Notes: generated by a model from the sequence alone, not told the origin. 64,000 nucleotides of DNA from Spirochaetales bacterium (GCA_016929065.1 JAFGJO010000055.1:401-64400), one strand, 5' to 3'. Positions 9,954-18,770 are shown, counted from the stretch's first letter. A program made the numbers and translations.

Positions 9954-10982
9954 TTAAAAGCGTAATACAAAGGCCATGGTAAAAAGATCGATCGATATGG
10001 ATTGTGTTTTTCCGGTATCGGGTGATTCCGGATGAAACGCAAAGAGCAGCCGGCCGATGGTAAAGTCCATGGCCATGAAATTCTCAAAATACAGGATCGC
10101 ATGCAGATTGAAACCGGTTCTGAAAAAGATTGTTACGCCGGATGCAGAGGCAAACGAACCCGGATCAGAGATGTATGCAGGTGCAAAGCCTGTCCAGATA
10201 TCCATGGCTGCGATAATCCGGTTCCCGGCACGTATGGACAGGGGGATGATAATGATTTCATCAGACGGCGAAAAAATACGTTCCCAATAGCCGGATCCCG
10301 TATCCCCGACTGTCCGCGCATACCCGATGCCGGAGCATAAGAAACTGTTATAATGCCAAAACAGAATTGTCTCAAGGGTAAATGACGACAACTGGGCCGC
10401 GCCATCGGGAGCCAGCAGCAGGCGGCCGCCGGCACCGGCAGAAATGGTAAAGATTTTTTTGTTCATCTCTCGGGTGAATTTCAGGTCAAGAAGTGTATTC
10501 TCGCCGATCAGCACCGCAATTTCTGCATCCTCCATAATATCCTGCGGTAATGCGGGAAGATTTGCAGAAAGTTCATTTATCATCGGCCGGAATTCCGAGG
10601 ACGGGATCAGGGATTCAGCGAGTAAAAGGGAATAGCGATGTCTGTTTTTAATGTCATGGAAAACCAGGTAATATTGTGATTTTATTTTGGTAACAAGTAC
10701 TGTTGAGTGGCAGTATTTTTTATAGGCGAGTTCAGAGAAAAAACCGATTTCCGGTTTTTCAAGGTTGTAAGCTGCCTGGGAATACATGAGTACAATATTT
10801 TTTCTGGAGGCAAGCTCCCGGGTAATTGCATAGGATAGTTCCTTGAGTTTGGCAAGTTCCGGTGTGTTTTCGCCTGTGTGAACAATAAAAAGCATCTGTT
10901 CCCGGAATGTGTCTGTATTATTCGATTGAGAGAAAAGAGCGGCGGATGCAAGCAAAAAGTAGATTAAAAAATATTTTATCAT
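9954..10982 (-). CDS. Secreted/outer-membrane hypothetical protein
   Basis: Signal peptide, amphipathic beta-strands in C-terminal half, terminal Phe (FVLRF). Confidence 0.65.
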   Translation of the reverse strand: MIKYFLIYFLLASAALFSQSNNTDTFREQMLFIVHTGENTPELAKLKELSYAITRELASRKNIVLMYSQAAYNLEKPEIGFFSELAYKKYCHSTVLVTKIKSQYYLVFHDIKNRHRYSLLLAESLIPSSEFRPMINELSANLPALPQDIMEDAEIAVLIGENTLLDLKFTREMNKKIFTISAGAGGRLLLAPDGAAQLSSFTLETILFWHYNSFLCSGIGYARTVGDTGSGYWERIFSPSDEIIIIPLSIRAGNRIIAAMDIWTGFAPAYISDPGSFASASGVTIFFRTGFNLHAILYFENFMAMDFTIGRLLFAFHPESPDTGKTQSISIDLFTMAFVLRF

Positions 10983-10983
10983 G

Positions 10984-12108
10984 CTATAAAACCAATCCGA
11001 AATACATGGAATATGATCCGATTACTGTATAAATGACAGTATTGGAACTGCTGAAACCGGCAAAAAGTGTTGAATTGAATCCGTAGAATTTAAAACGAAA
11101 ATCAATGAAAAAAGCTGAAGTGAAATAATGGGCAAAACCGAATTGCAGGGGAACCGAGACCGAATAATTGATATCACCGGTTCCTGAATATCCCGAATAT
11201 GAATTGTAATCGATAATAACCGCTATGCCGGTATCAATGTGAAATGATGTCCGGTAGGGAAAGTGAAGGCCGATAAGTGCTTCTAATGTCATTTCGGCAA
11301 GCGGATGGTCTGGTTCAAATATATTGAACGGTAAATACGTTGCGCCGATCCTGAAATGTGCTATCTGGTTGAAAATATATGTATATTCCATATTAATTGC
11401 CGGTGCAGCAGATACTGAATCCTGTAATGAATAAATCGTCCGGCCGAACTCAAGTCCCGTGCCAGGAGAGAATGCGATCTCATGATGGGGAACAAATACC
11501 GCTCTTGCGAACCTGTCTTCTTTCAGAAAATGTTCCTTCAGCTCTTTATCCTCGAGCGATTCATAGACCTGTTCGTGCGGCAGCTGTCTGGGCTTTTCAT
11601 TGACGGTTTTGACAATATCATCAGCCATGCGCTGGATATCCTGTAACAGATTGCCGGTGATTGGCAGAATTTCTATGAAGGCATTTTTTATCTGTGATGA
11701 CAAAATATCATAGACAAGAATATTGATATGAAGATCAGAGTCGTTTACAAAATATTCTCCAAATATGCAGGCTTCGGCCTTGTTTTCTGATTCAAGTTTC
11801 GCCATCAGGCGTTCAAACTGAAGTCCATTGATATATACAGCGGTATCTGCTTTGTCCGGAAAAACCGGCTCGATAGAATCAGCCAGGGAGAGATTGGAGC
11901 GCAGTTTGTCGTAAATAAAATCAGAGAGGCGGGAATATTCTTCGTTGCTCACCGTCTGGCGGATGGGAAGCAGTGCGACAGTTTTTTTTCCTGGATATGT
12001 CTGCTGGGCGAAGAGCGGCAGATTGAGGAAAAAGAACAATAAAACTCCGGCCAGGATTACTTTTATCATAATACAGAGTACTATACATAAAATCAGTAAC
12101 CGTCGCAA
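10984..12108 (-). CDS. Secreted protein: FlgO/TolB-N-like alpha/beta domain plus probable outer-membrane barrel
   Basis: TVALLPI...LSDFIYDKLRSNL...IFGEY....LHINILVYD; beta-rich C-terminus; start may be 12069. Confidence 0.6.
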   Translation of the reverse strand: MRRLLILCIVLCIMIKVILAGVLLFFFLNLPLFAQQTYPGKKTVALLPIRQTVSNEEYSRLSDFIYDKLRSNLSLADSIEPVFPDKADTAVYINGLQFERLMAKLESENKAEACIFGEYFVNDSDLHINILVYDILSSQIKNAFIEILPITGNLLQDIQRMADDIVKTVNEKPRQLPHEQVYESLEDKELKEHFLKEDRFARAVFVPHHEIAFSPGTGLEFGRTIYSLQDSVSAAPAINMEYTYIFNQIAHFRIGATYLPFNIFEPDHPLAEMTLEALIGLHFPYRTSFHIDTGIAVIIDYNSYSGYSGTGDINYSVSVPLQFGFAHYFTSAFFIDFRFKFYGFNSTLFAGFSSSNTVIYTVIGSYSMYFGLVL

Positions 12109-12329
12109 TGTCCGGTGTGCGGATTTATCATTTTCATTTGTTTCATGATAATCATCCGCGACTTGTGATGTTGCATTTTAATGTGAATCTGTATAATGAT
12201 GGAGGAAACAATCACAAGGAAACAAGGCAGGAAATTTGCAGGGTGCTGACAAACTGGTTGTCTGTCAATACCCTGTTAGATAAAGAAAGACAGCCTTGCC
12301 CGGTTGAAAGACGGAGGATGATTTATAAC

Positions 12330-12785
12330 ATGAGAAAAATGGTTTTGTATGTTATCGCAGTTGTTGTTACAGGGGCACTGTTGTCTGGTTGCCCCGCTGG
12401 ATCGAACCGGGTAACCAGCCGGGAATTCAAGACATCCGTCGAACGAGTCCATGCATTGAAAAAGTATTATCATCCAAAAACCGGGATTATAGATACAGAG
12501 TTCGACATTTTTGATGTGAACATGAATGCAGAGCGAAGCATCCCGGGGGCCAGCTCAAGAGATTTTAAATTGATCCTTTATGTTGCGCCCGGGGACATTG
12601 ACGCCTGGATCGATACCACGGAAATTACCTCGTTTCCGGTTGATTACAATTGGGTATTTGATGTTTCCTCCCGGCTTACGCTGCAGGATCTGCAAGGAGC
12701 GGTCTTGACAATGAAAAGTGAATTTCGAAGTATATTGGTTCTTGCGGAAAAAGGCATTGTCATTATCAGAATTCAGGAGTTTTGA
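12330..12785 (+). CDS. Hypothetical lipoprotein
   Basis: MRKMVLYVIAVVVTGALLSGC lipobox; GGAGG upstream; start re-assigned from 12108. Confidence 0.7.
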   Translation: MRKMVLYVIAVVVTGALLSGCPAGSNRVTSREFKTSVERVHALKKYYHPKTGIIDTEFDIFDVNMNAERSIPGASSRDFKLILYVAPGDIDAWIDTTEITSFPVDYNWVFDVSSRLTLQDLQGAVLTMKSEFRSILVLAEKGIVIIRIQEF

Positions 12786-12795
12786 GGGAAAGACA

Positions 12796-13281
12796 TTGGA
12801 TATTTGTATAAAGTCAGCGTGTGCACAAGATGCCCCCCGCCTTACCGAGATCGCATTTGCGGCGAAACGCCACTGGCTGTATCCCGAAGAATGGATGGAT
12901 GTCTGGAAAGACGAACTTACCATAACACCTGAATATATCAACCGGCACATGGTTTTTACTGCATCATATAATGACCGGATTGTCGGGTTTTATTCGGTTG
13001 TAAAAAATACAGAAAGACACCATATCGGGTTGATTCTGATCGATAAGGGGTATTGGCTGGAGCATATTTTTATCGACCCTGCGTTTATCGGCAGGGGGAT
13101 CGGTACCCGCCTGATTGGGCATTTACGGACAGAGTGCCGATTCCGCAATATCGACAAAGTCCTCGCGTTCGTTGATCCGAATGCTGAGGGATTTTATAAA
13201 AAAATCGGGGCACGATTCAAACGCATGTCCATGTCCAGTATTCCGGGCAGGAATGTTCCGGTGTATGTACTCGAACTGTAG
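12796..13281 (+). CDS. GNAT-family N-acetyltransferase
   Basis: LEHIFIDPAFIGRGIGTRL, DPNAEGFYKKIG; probable TTG start after GAGGG. Confidence 0.88.
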   Translation: MDICIKSACAQDAPRLTEIAFAAKRHWLYPEEWMDVWKDELTITPEYINRHMVFTASYNDRIVGFYSVVKNTERHHIGLILIDKGYWLEHIFIDPAFIGRGIGTRLIGHLRTECRFRNIDKVLAFVDPNAEGFYKKIGARFKRMSMSSIPGRNVPVYVLEL

Positions 13282-13313
13282 ACTGAAATCCGGGAATGTG
13301 ATATCGTTTTTAC

Positions 13314-14468
13314 ATGCGTATATACACCATTATCATCACGATTTTAATTCTCCTGCTCTGTGGCTGTGAAACAGTCAGTATCTATGATGCAGGCCCTTTG
13401 GCAAAGGAATACAGGGCGATTCCGATGTCGGTTTTTCAGGATTCCATCCTGCATGCCCGGTATGAGTTCAAGGATTATCAGCCGCCATATCCGGTGTATA
13501 CCGCCAAACAGATTGCAGGCGTTGCAGAAAACATGCTGCTTTTGCAGCGTGAGGACGGTGGATGGCCGAAAAACGTGGACTGGATGCAGATCCTCGATGA
13601 GAAATCACTGGTATCGGTCCGCAGCGCCGCAAGCGGGGAGAAAAGCACTCTGGATAACCGGTCAACATACAGCCACATCGATTATCTGGCCCAGGTGTAT
13701 GCCCAGATACCAAATGAGAATTACAAAAAATCCATTGAGAAAGGCATTGCCTGGATGTTATCTGTTCAAAACAGGGATTCCGGGGGATTTTCCGGCGCAG
13801 ATGTCGATGCAGTTACCTATAACGATGATGTCATGACCGGGGTACTGACAACACTGCGGGGGATCGGCAGAAATGACAAGCTGTACGGTTTTCTGGATCA
13901 GGAGATTCGCCAAAAAGCAATGGATTCCTATTTTCGGGGACTCAAATGCGTTCTTGACACACAGATCAAAATAAAGGGAAAGCTCACAGCCTGGTGTCAG
14001 CAGCATGATCACAAGACCCTTCAGCCTATCTGGGCAAGAAATTACGAGCCGCCTTCCATTACCGCTTCCGAAAGTGTCGGTATTCTGATCATGCTCATGG
14101 AAATCGATGATCCGTCCGAATCGGTAAAAAAGGCCATCATCGCGGGCTGTGAATGGCTGGAATCGGCAACAATATTCGGCAAAAAACTGGTACGTATCCC
14201 CGCCCCGCCTGCAACATTAAATGGAAGATATTCAGACTACGAACGGGTGATGGAGGATGACGCTTCGGCCACGCCGATCTGGTGCCGGTTTTATGATCTT
14301 GAAACCCAAAAGCCGCTGTTGTATGACCGGAATTTCAAAAAGGTCAATCATTATAATGAAATCAGCCGCGAGCGGCGTGTCGGGTACAGTTATTTCGGTA
14401 CCTGGCCGGAACCCTTGCTGAACAGTGTATATCCGGCCTGGCGGAAAAAAATGGGACTGGATAAATAA
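13314..14468 (+). CDS. pelA: Pectate lyase, PL10/PelA type, lipoprotein
   Basis: Q.EDGGWPKN, STLDN..T, TYNDDVM, AWCQQHD, P.WARNYEP, W.RFYD, ERR.GY motifs. Confidence 0.9.
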   Translation: MRIYTIIITILILLLCGCETVSIYDAGPLAKEYRAIPMSVFQDSILHARYEFKDYQPPYPVYTAKQIAGVAENMLLLQREDGGWPKNVDWMQILDEKSLVSVRSAASGEKSTLDNRSTYSHIDYLAQVYAQIPNENYKKSIEKGIAWMLSVQNRDSGGFSGADVDAVTYNDDVMTGVLTTLRGIGRNDKLYGFLDQEIRQKAMDSYFRGLKCVLDTQIKIKGKLTAWCQQHDHKTLQPIWARNYEPPSITASESVGILIMLMEIDDPSESVKKAIIAGCEWLESATIFGKKLVRIPAPPATLNGRYSDYERVMEDDASATPIWCRFYDLETQKPLLYDRNFKKVNHYNEISRERRVGYSYFGTWPEPLLNSVYPAWRKKMGLDK

Positions 14469-14474
14469 TTAAAT

Positions 14475-15056
14475 CTATTCTCTGATTTCCAGCGTTTTGA
14501 TTATATTACCGGTATCCTCTTTTTCTTCACCGATAATAAAAAGGCCGATCAAAAGCACTTCCTGCGAGGCGTCAATATTTTCTACGTAATTATATATGCG
14601 CATCATTATGTCTTCATTATTCTGATTTTCATTTTTATAAAGGTTGTACTTGATGCATATACCTTTTCTTCCCCACATTTCACCATCCTGGCCTGAGCCA
14701 TTGACTATGCAATTTTCAAAGCCTGGGAACGAAAGCGCTTTTTGTACCATTATGCGTCCGCCCATTGTAAGGGCATCTGAGAGGCTTATGTCACTGCGGG
14801 CTTTTGTCAGTGTTATTTGAATTGTACGCAAATTGTCATCGCTAAACAGCTGTAATTGATCTGTTCCAGTACGGGCTCGCGGATTGACCGAATAATTCCA
14901 TCCAACCGGAATGACAATTGAAATACGATTAAAATTAATTCTTTCCCCGGTTCCCTTTTTAATGTCACCCAGTTCTTGTGAAAATATGGAAGCACAAATA
15001 CCATTGAGAAACAAGAATAAAAGAACGTATCTTTTCATATAATACTCCAATTCCAT
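14475..15056 (-). CDS. Secreted hypothetical protein (AT-rich)
   Basis: MKRYVLLFLF signal peptide; ISIVIPVGW motif reminiscent of the PsbP-like fold. Confidence 0.6.
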   Translation of the reverse strand: MELEYYMKRYVLLFLFLNGICASIFSQELGDIKKGTGERINFNRISIVIPVGWNYSVNPRARTGTDQLQLFSDDNLRTIQITLTKARSDISLSDALTMGGRIMVQKALSFPGFENCIVNGSGQDGEMWGRKGICIKYNLYKNENQNNEDIMMRIYNYVENIDASQEVLLIGLFIIGEEKEDTGNIIKTLEIRE

Positions 15057-15142
15057 AAAATTGATTAACTATAGCATATTTCGATGAGATGTCCATATAT
15101 GACATTCAAGATTTTAGCCTGAGCTGGGGATGCCGAGCTACT

Positions 15143-15336
15143 GCCGTCCGGGGTGACCATCATGGCAATCTCGACACACTGGGTGCCGAGTCCGGTGATG
15201 CGCCCGGACCATTCTCCTTCGACCATGGCACGTCCTTCAAGCTTCAGACCCAGTTCGGTGAAAAAAAGAAGGCTGTATCAAGAGATTCTACCACGATGCC
15301 AATGTGGTCCATTCGCAGCAATTTACTTTTTGTCAA
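15143..15336 (-). pseudogene. VOC-family remnant, frameshifted and truncated
   Basis: TKSKLLRMDHIGIVVESLD, shift in T run (15261-15267), then TELGLKLEGRAMVEGEWSGRITGL...EIAMMVTPDG; the similarity stops there. Confidence 0.8.
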
Positions 15337-15753
15337 AGTTTTTACACGTTCCAAAGCCTTGGGAACTATGCCCTGAAAGGTTTCTGTTTGTCCGGGGGGG
15401 ACATCGATAGCGATAGTCAGAACAGTGACATCATCCTTTTCCGCCAGCGAATAACTCTCGGCTCCTCCAGCCCATTCTTTTTCCCGTTCCTGCGTTCCGC
15501 TCTCCTGTGTATCAGCCATATGCCTGAACAATACGAACTCGTTTGGAACAAGTTTTTCCACCAGGCTTGTCACGCCATAGCCATTAACCGATGAAATCCA
15601 CTGGACTTCGTTTCCTTCCCGTATTTCTCCAGCCAGATAGAGTCCCTCGTCAATATTTTTTGCCCAGTCACGAAACGTAGTATCATCCCAAAGCGTATGC
15701 CAGACTTTATCTTTTTGGGCTCTTATTTTGATTGTAAATTGCATTTTTACCAT
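15244..15753 (-). CDS. SRPBCC-domain protein read through into the VOC remnant
   Basis: I.I.A.KDKVWHTLWDD.TFR.W...W.G..ESYSL.E..PKALERVK. Confidence 0.8.
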   Translation of the reverse strand: MVKMQFTIKIRAQKDKVWHTLWDDTTFRDWAKNIDEGLYLAGEIREGNEVQWISSVNGYGVTSLVEKLVPNEFVLFRHMADTQESGTQEREKEWAGGAESYSLAEKDDVTVLTIAIDVPPGQTETFQGIVPKALERVKTLTKSKLLRMDHIGIVVESLDTAFFFSPNWV

Positions 15754-15985
15754 ATTTTTATCTTTGTTTATAAATTAATATGAAATCATTATCGTTGACA
15801 ACTTTTAACGGGAAAAACAGGATTTAATTTCCTGACCGTGGCTGCGTTTTTTCACAAATATACTGTGTCACACTGAGGTATTCGTCCCTCGACCAGCACG
15901 AAACAGTATGCCGGTATTTTAATAAAAGGGGGAAAATATGAAAAAGGCGCCTATTTTTATTTCCTGCTCCTTATGTTCAGTTTGA

Positions 15986-16118
15986 TGCAGCAAACTGGAG
16001 TTCTTTTTTGATACGGTGACGGATGGCCTCAGGCTCGCTGCCAGTCGAAAATCATTGACACACCGTGGCGGAGTGACTCCCTTGTAGGGTCGCGGAGAGA
16101 AAAAGGCTGTTGGGTGCA
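15986..16118. mobile_element. attC-like integron recombination site
   Basis: tgcagcaaac ... gttgggtgca (8/10 complementary); GTTRRRY core at 16109-16115. Confidence 0.55.
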
Positions 16119-16130
16119 GTAGTGCTCCTC

Positions 16131-16159
16131 TTGACATATCACTAAATTATCATTATTTT
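16131..16159 (+). promoter_or_regulatory. phd-relE promoter overlapping an ATATCA...TGATAT inverted repeat (putative operator)
   Basis: TTGACA-N17-TATTTT. Confidence 0.65.
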
Positions 16160-16181
16160 GATATTGAATGAGAGGTTGTTA

Positions 16182-16448
16182 ATGCCCAAAATAAGGCCGA
16201 TTTCAGATTTACGGAACAATTTTACACAGTTATCAAAAAGTCTCCACGAAGAGAATGAGCCGATTTTCCTCACAAGAAATGGTGTCGGTGACATAGTTGT
16301 TATGAGTATTTCATACTATGAGAAATTATTAGCCAAATACGAGGTTTATCAAAAATTAGATGCTGCAGAAACTGAAATTAAAGATGGGGCACTTGGAAAA
16401 GATTATAAAAGCGTAATTAGAAAAGCCAAAGCAAAAATTAATGCCTAA
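16182..16448 (+). CDS. Phd/YefM-family antitoxin
   Basis: MPKIRPISDLRNNF...EPIFLTRNG.GDIVVMS; GAGAGG RBS before ATG 16182. Confidence 0.92.
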   Translation: MPKIRPISDLRNNFTQLSKSLHEENEPIFLTRNGVGDIVVMSISYYEKLLAKYEVYQKLDAAETEIKDGALGKDYKSVIRKAKAKINA

Positions 16449-16749
16449 GAAAAAATATTCAGTTTTGATTTATCCACTTGCAGAGCAAGATATGGATGAG
16501 ATCATATTGTTTCTAAAAGAACTTTCATTGAAAGGGGCCAATGCTTTTTTAGATAAACTATCATCAAAACTGAACAAGCTTGAAGAATATCCAGAAATGT
16601 TTCCCCTCGTTAAGGATGAAAGACTTTCTGAAAAAGGATATAGAATAATTCCAGTTGATAATTACATCGTGTTCTACGTAGTAATGAAAAAAAATGTACA
16701 AGTCAGAAGGATGATTTATGGAAAAAGAAATTATTTCGATTTCCTGTAA
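16441..16749 (+). CDS. RelE/ParE-family toxin
   Basis: Y.V.I.P.AEQDMDEI...L..YPEM...GYR...VDNYIVFYVV....V.RMIYG.R; overlaps the antitoxin. Confidence 0.92.
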   Translation: MPKKKYSVLIYPLAEQDMDEIILFLKELSLKGANAFLDKLSSKLNKLEEYPEMFPLVKDERLSEKGYRIIPVDNYIVFYVVMKKNVQVRRMIYGKRNYFDFL

Positions 16750-16756
16750 ATCTGCT

Positions 16757-16913
16757 GAGCACTATTGCGCCAAACGGGAAGCGCCAGGCTCTCGAAGCAT
16801 AACGCTGCTTGATGTTTAATAACCAATAAAAAAAACCGTCTGTGTACTTGAAAGCACAGGCGGCTTTTTATTGTCAGCGCAGCGTCAAGGCTTCTATTCG
16901 TTGGGTGAAGTGC
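16757..16913. mobile_element. attC-like site (long imperfect hairpin)
   Basis: gccaaac ... gttgggt cores; nested stems gaagc/gcttc, acgctgc/gcagcgt, caataaaaa/tttttattg, ccgtctgtg/cacaggcgg. Confidence 0.7.
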
Positions 16914-16919
16914 GCTGAT

Positions 16920-17312
16920 TCAAAGGAATTTCAATCCATGCTTTTTGTAAAGGTCCAAATTTTCATCCAGACTGAGTAATGTGAAATCATTTTGAATTGC
17001 TTGCCAAATAATTGCCCTATCAAATGGATCTTTGTGTTCTATGGGAAGCTTGTAAAATGAAATAAGCTCTTGATTCTCATTTTTTTTGCAAACAAAAAAA
17101 CTATTTTCAACTTCATTGAAAAGTTGTTCTGGATTGATACCTTTAATATGAAGTTTCCCTATGCCGTATTTTATTGATATTTCCCATAAGCTAAATTGAC
17201 TATAATAAATTGTATGATCATTGTTTAAGAGAATCTTTTGGAATTTAGGTTTCAGCTTCTCAGGATTGGTAAAGGACCAAATCAAAATATGAGTATCGAC
17301 AATAAAATTCAT
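16920..17312 (-). CDS. vapC: VapC (PIN domain) toxin
   Basis: DTHILIW...SLWEISIK...HKDPFDR.II.QA......LS.D. Confidence 0.93.
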   Translation of the reverse strand: MNFIVDTHILIWSFTNPEKLKPKFQKILLNNDHTIYYSQFSLWEISIKYGIGKLHIKGINPEQLFNEVENSFFVCKKNENQELISFYKLPIEHKDPFDRAIIWQAIQNDFTLLSLDENLDLYKKHGLKFL

Positions 17313-17548
17313 GAAGTCAATAACTCGTCATCGGTAATAATGAAATCTTTGGAAAAGCTTACTTTTACCTTTCCCTTGAGGGATCCAAGTTTCCTGTTCT
17401 GGTTTTTCTTATATTCACTATAAGGAATAATGACGGCTATTGTTTCTTTTTTACGACCGAATGAAATAGCGATTTTATGTCCAGATTCAACTTCTTTTAA
17501 AAGAGAAGAAAGATGAGATTTTACTTCAGCAACCGGAATAGTTTTCAT
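17309..17548 (-). CDS. Phd-type (VapB) antitoxin
   Basis: MKTIPVAEVKSHLSSLLKEVESG..I.I...RKLGSLKGK; ATGA overlap with vapC. Confidence 0.9.
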   Translation of the reverse strand: MKTIPVAEVKSHLSSLLKEVESGHKIAISFGRKKETIAVIIPYSEYKKNQNRKLGSLKGKVKVSFSKDFIITDDELLTS

Positions 17549-17554
17549 ATGATA

Positions 17555-17583
17555 AAGTTAGCATAAGTGACCAACATAGTCAA
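17555..17583 (-). promoter_or_regulatory. vapBC promoter (probably leaderless)
   Basis: TTGACT-N17-TAACTT on the minus strand, 6 nt before the ATG, no SD. Confidence 0.55.
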
Positions 17584-17688
17584 GTATTATTTTCGGCCCC
17601 AGGAATTGCATACAACGTTCAGTGTTGGCGCCCGATCAGGGCGTGGAGGTTTACACAGTATTGAAGCTGCGGCGGGTAATAATAACGT

Positions 17689-17717
17689 TTGACAATACTA
17701 ACGTTAAGCAGTATTAT
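17689..17717 (+). promoter_or_regulatory. higBA promoter with AATACT...AGTATT operator (probably leaderless)
   Basis: TTGACA-N17-TATTAT, 5 nt before ATG 17723. Confidence 0.75.
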
Positions 17718-17722
17718 ACATT

Positions 17723-18025
17723 ATGCTACAGTCTTTTCAAGATAAAGAAACGGAAAAGGTATGGAATCAAGAATACTCAAAAAAGTTACCAAGGGATATT
17801 CAAAGGGTTGGGTTAAGAAAACTGTTTATGCTGAACAGGGCAATAGATTTGGATGATTTGAAAATACCACCATCAAATTGCCTGGAAAAGTTGAAAGGCA
17901 ACAGGAAGGGGCAATTTAGTATCAGAATTAACCAGCAATGGCGAATATGTTTTAATTGGAAGGACGGGGAAGCATACAAAGTTGAGATTGTAGACTATCA
18001 TCAGGAGGATTGTAATGAAAGATAA
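17723..18025 (+). CDS. higB: HigB toxin (plasmid maintenance killer family)
   Basis: SF.DKETEKVW...DL.IPPSN.LEKLKG.RKGQ.SIRINQQWRICF.W..G.A..VEIVDYH. Confidence 0.95.
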   Translation: MLQSFQDKETEKVWNQEYSKKLPRDIQRVGLRKLFMLNRAIDLDDLKIPPSNCLEKLKGNRKGQFSIRINQQWRICFNWKDGEAYKVEIVDYHQEDCNER

Positions 18026-18314
18026 AATACCAAATATATATCCAGGAGAAATCCTCGAAGAAGAGTTTATAAAGCCGATGAATATATCAGCCTACAGGCT
18101 TGCTAAAGAAACACATTTACCCGCAACAAGAATATCAGAAATATTGCACAATAAGCGGAAGATTACAGCAGACACGGCTTTAAGATTTTCAAAATATTTT
18201 GGTAATAGTCCGGATTTCTGGCTAGGAATACAAATCGAGTATGATTTACGCGAAGAGATGGCAAAGAATAAAAAAGAAATTAATCAGATAAAGAAAATCG
18301 AAATAGCTGTTTAG
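18015..18314 (+). CDS. higA: HigA antitoxin
   Basis: PGEILEEEFIKPM.ISAYRLAK...ITADTALRFSKYFG.SPDFWLG.Q. Confidence 0.95.
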   Translation: MKDKIPNIYPGEILEEEFIKPMNISAYRLAKETHLPATRISEILHNKRKITADTALRFSKYFGNSPDFWLGIQIEYDLREEMAKNKKEINQIKKIEIAV

Positions 18315-18382
18315 GAATTAATTCCGGCTATAATTTCAGATTACTCCTGGTATACCCACAACTCTTCAATTAAAAAACGAAT

Positions 18383-18622
18383 ATGGAGGTAAACTATGAG
18401 AAAAAACATTATGATTTTTCAAATGCAATAAAAAACCCTTATATAAATAAACTCAAGAAGCAAATATCTATTCGATTGGATAATGATATCTTGGAATATT
18501 TTAAAGAATTATCAGAGGAGATTGGTATCCCTTATCAAAAGTTAATAAACTTTTATCTTGCCGAATGTGCTAGTAAACGTATCAAACCAAAGCTTGTCTG
18601 GAATAATAATGCAAAGGCATGA
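18383..18622 (+). pseudogene. brnA: BrnA-like antitoxin (original start probably frameshifted) preceded by a brnT 3' remnant
   Basis: YDFSNA.KNPY..KLKKQISIRLD..ILEYFK......GIPYQ.LIN.YL; the SD-linked ATG at 18396 is out of frame at an A6 run. Confidence 0.75.
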
Positions 18623-18638
18623 CATCTAACGGTTGAGA

Positions 18639-18770
18639 GTGAATCTAAAGCTACAGGATATCGATTCAAAAAACAAGACCATTACTGTCAGGCAGGGGAA
18701 AAGATATAAAGACAGGCAGATTGTTTTTTCCGATACGCTGTATGGTATTCTGAAAGAGTACTACCGTATA
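18639..18770 (+). pseudogene. Tyrosine recombinase (integron-integrase/XerD-like) internal fragment
   Basis: VNLKLQDIDSKNKTITVRQGKRYKDRQIVFSDTLYGILKEYYR read directly from the sequence; not in the ORF track. Confidence 0.8.

Noticed and set aside
12108-12329. Long N-terminal extension of the lipoprotein ORF
   Set aside because: The lipoprotein signal and SD point to a start at 12330; the extension covers a divergent promoter region
15860-15909. Hammerhead ribozyme (ctgag...gaaac with a closing stem)
   Set aside because: The core reads CUGAGGU rather than CUGANGA, the cleavage triplet would be GUG, and stems I/II do not form
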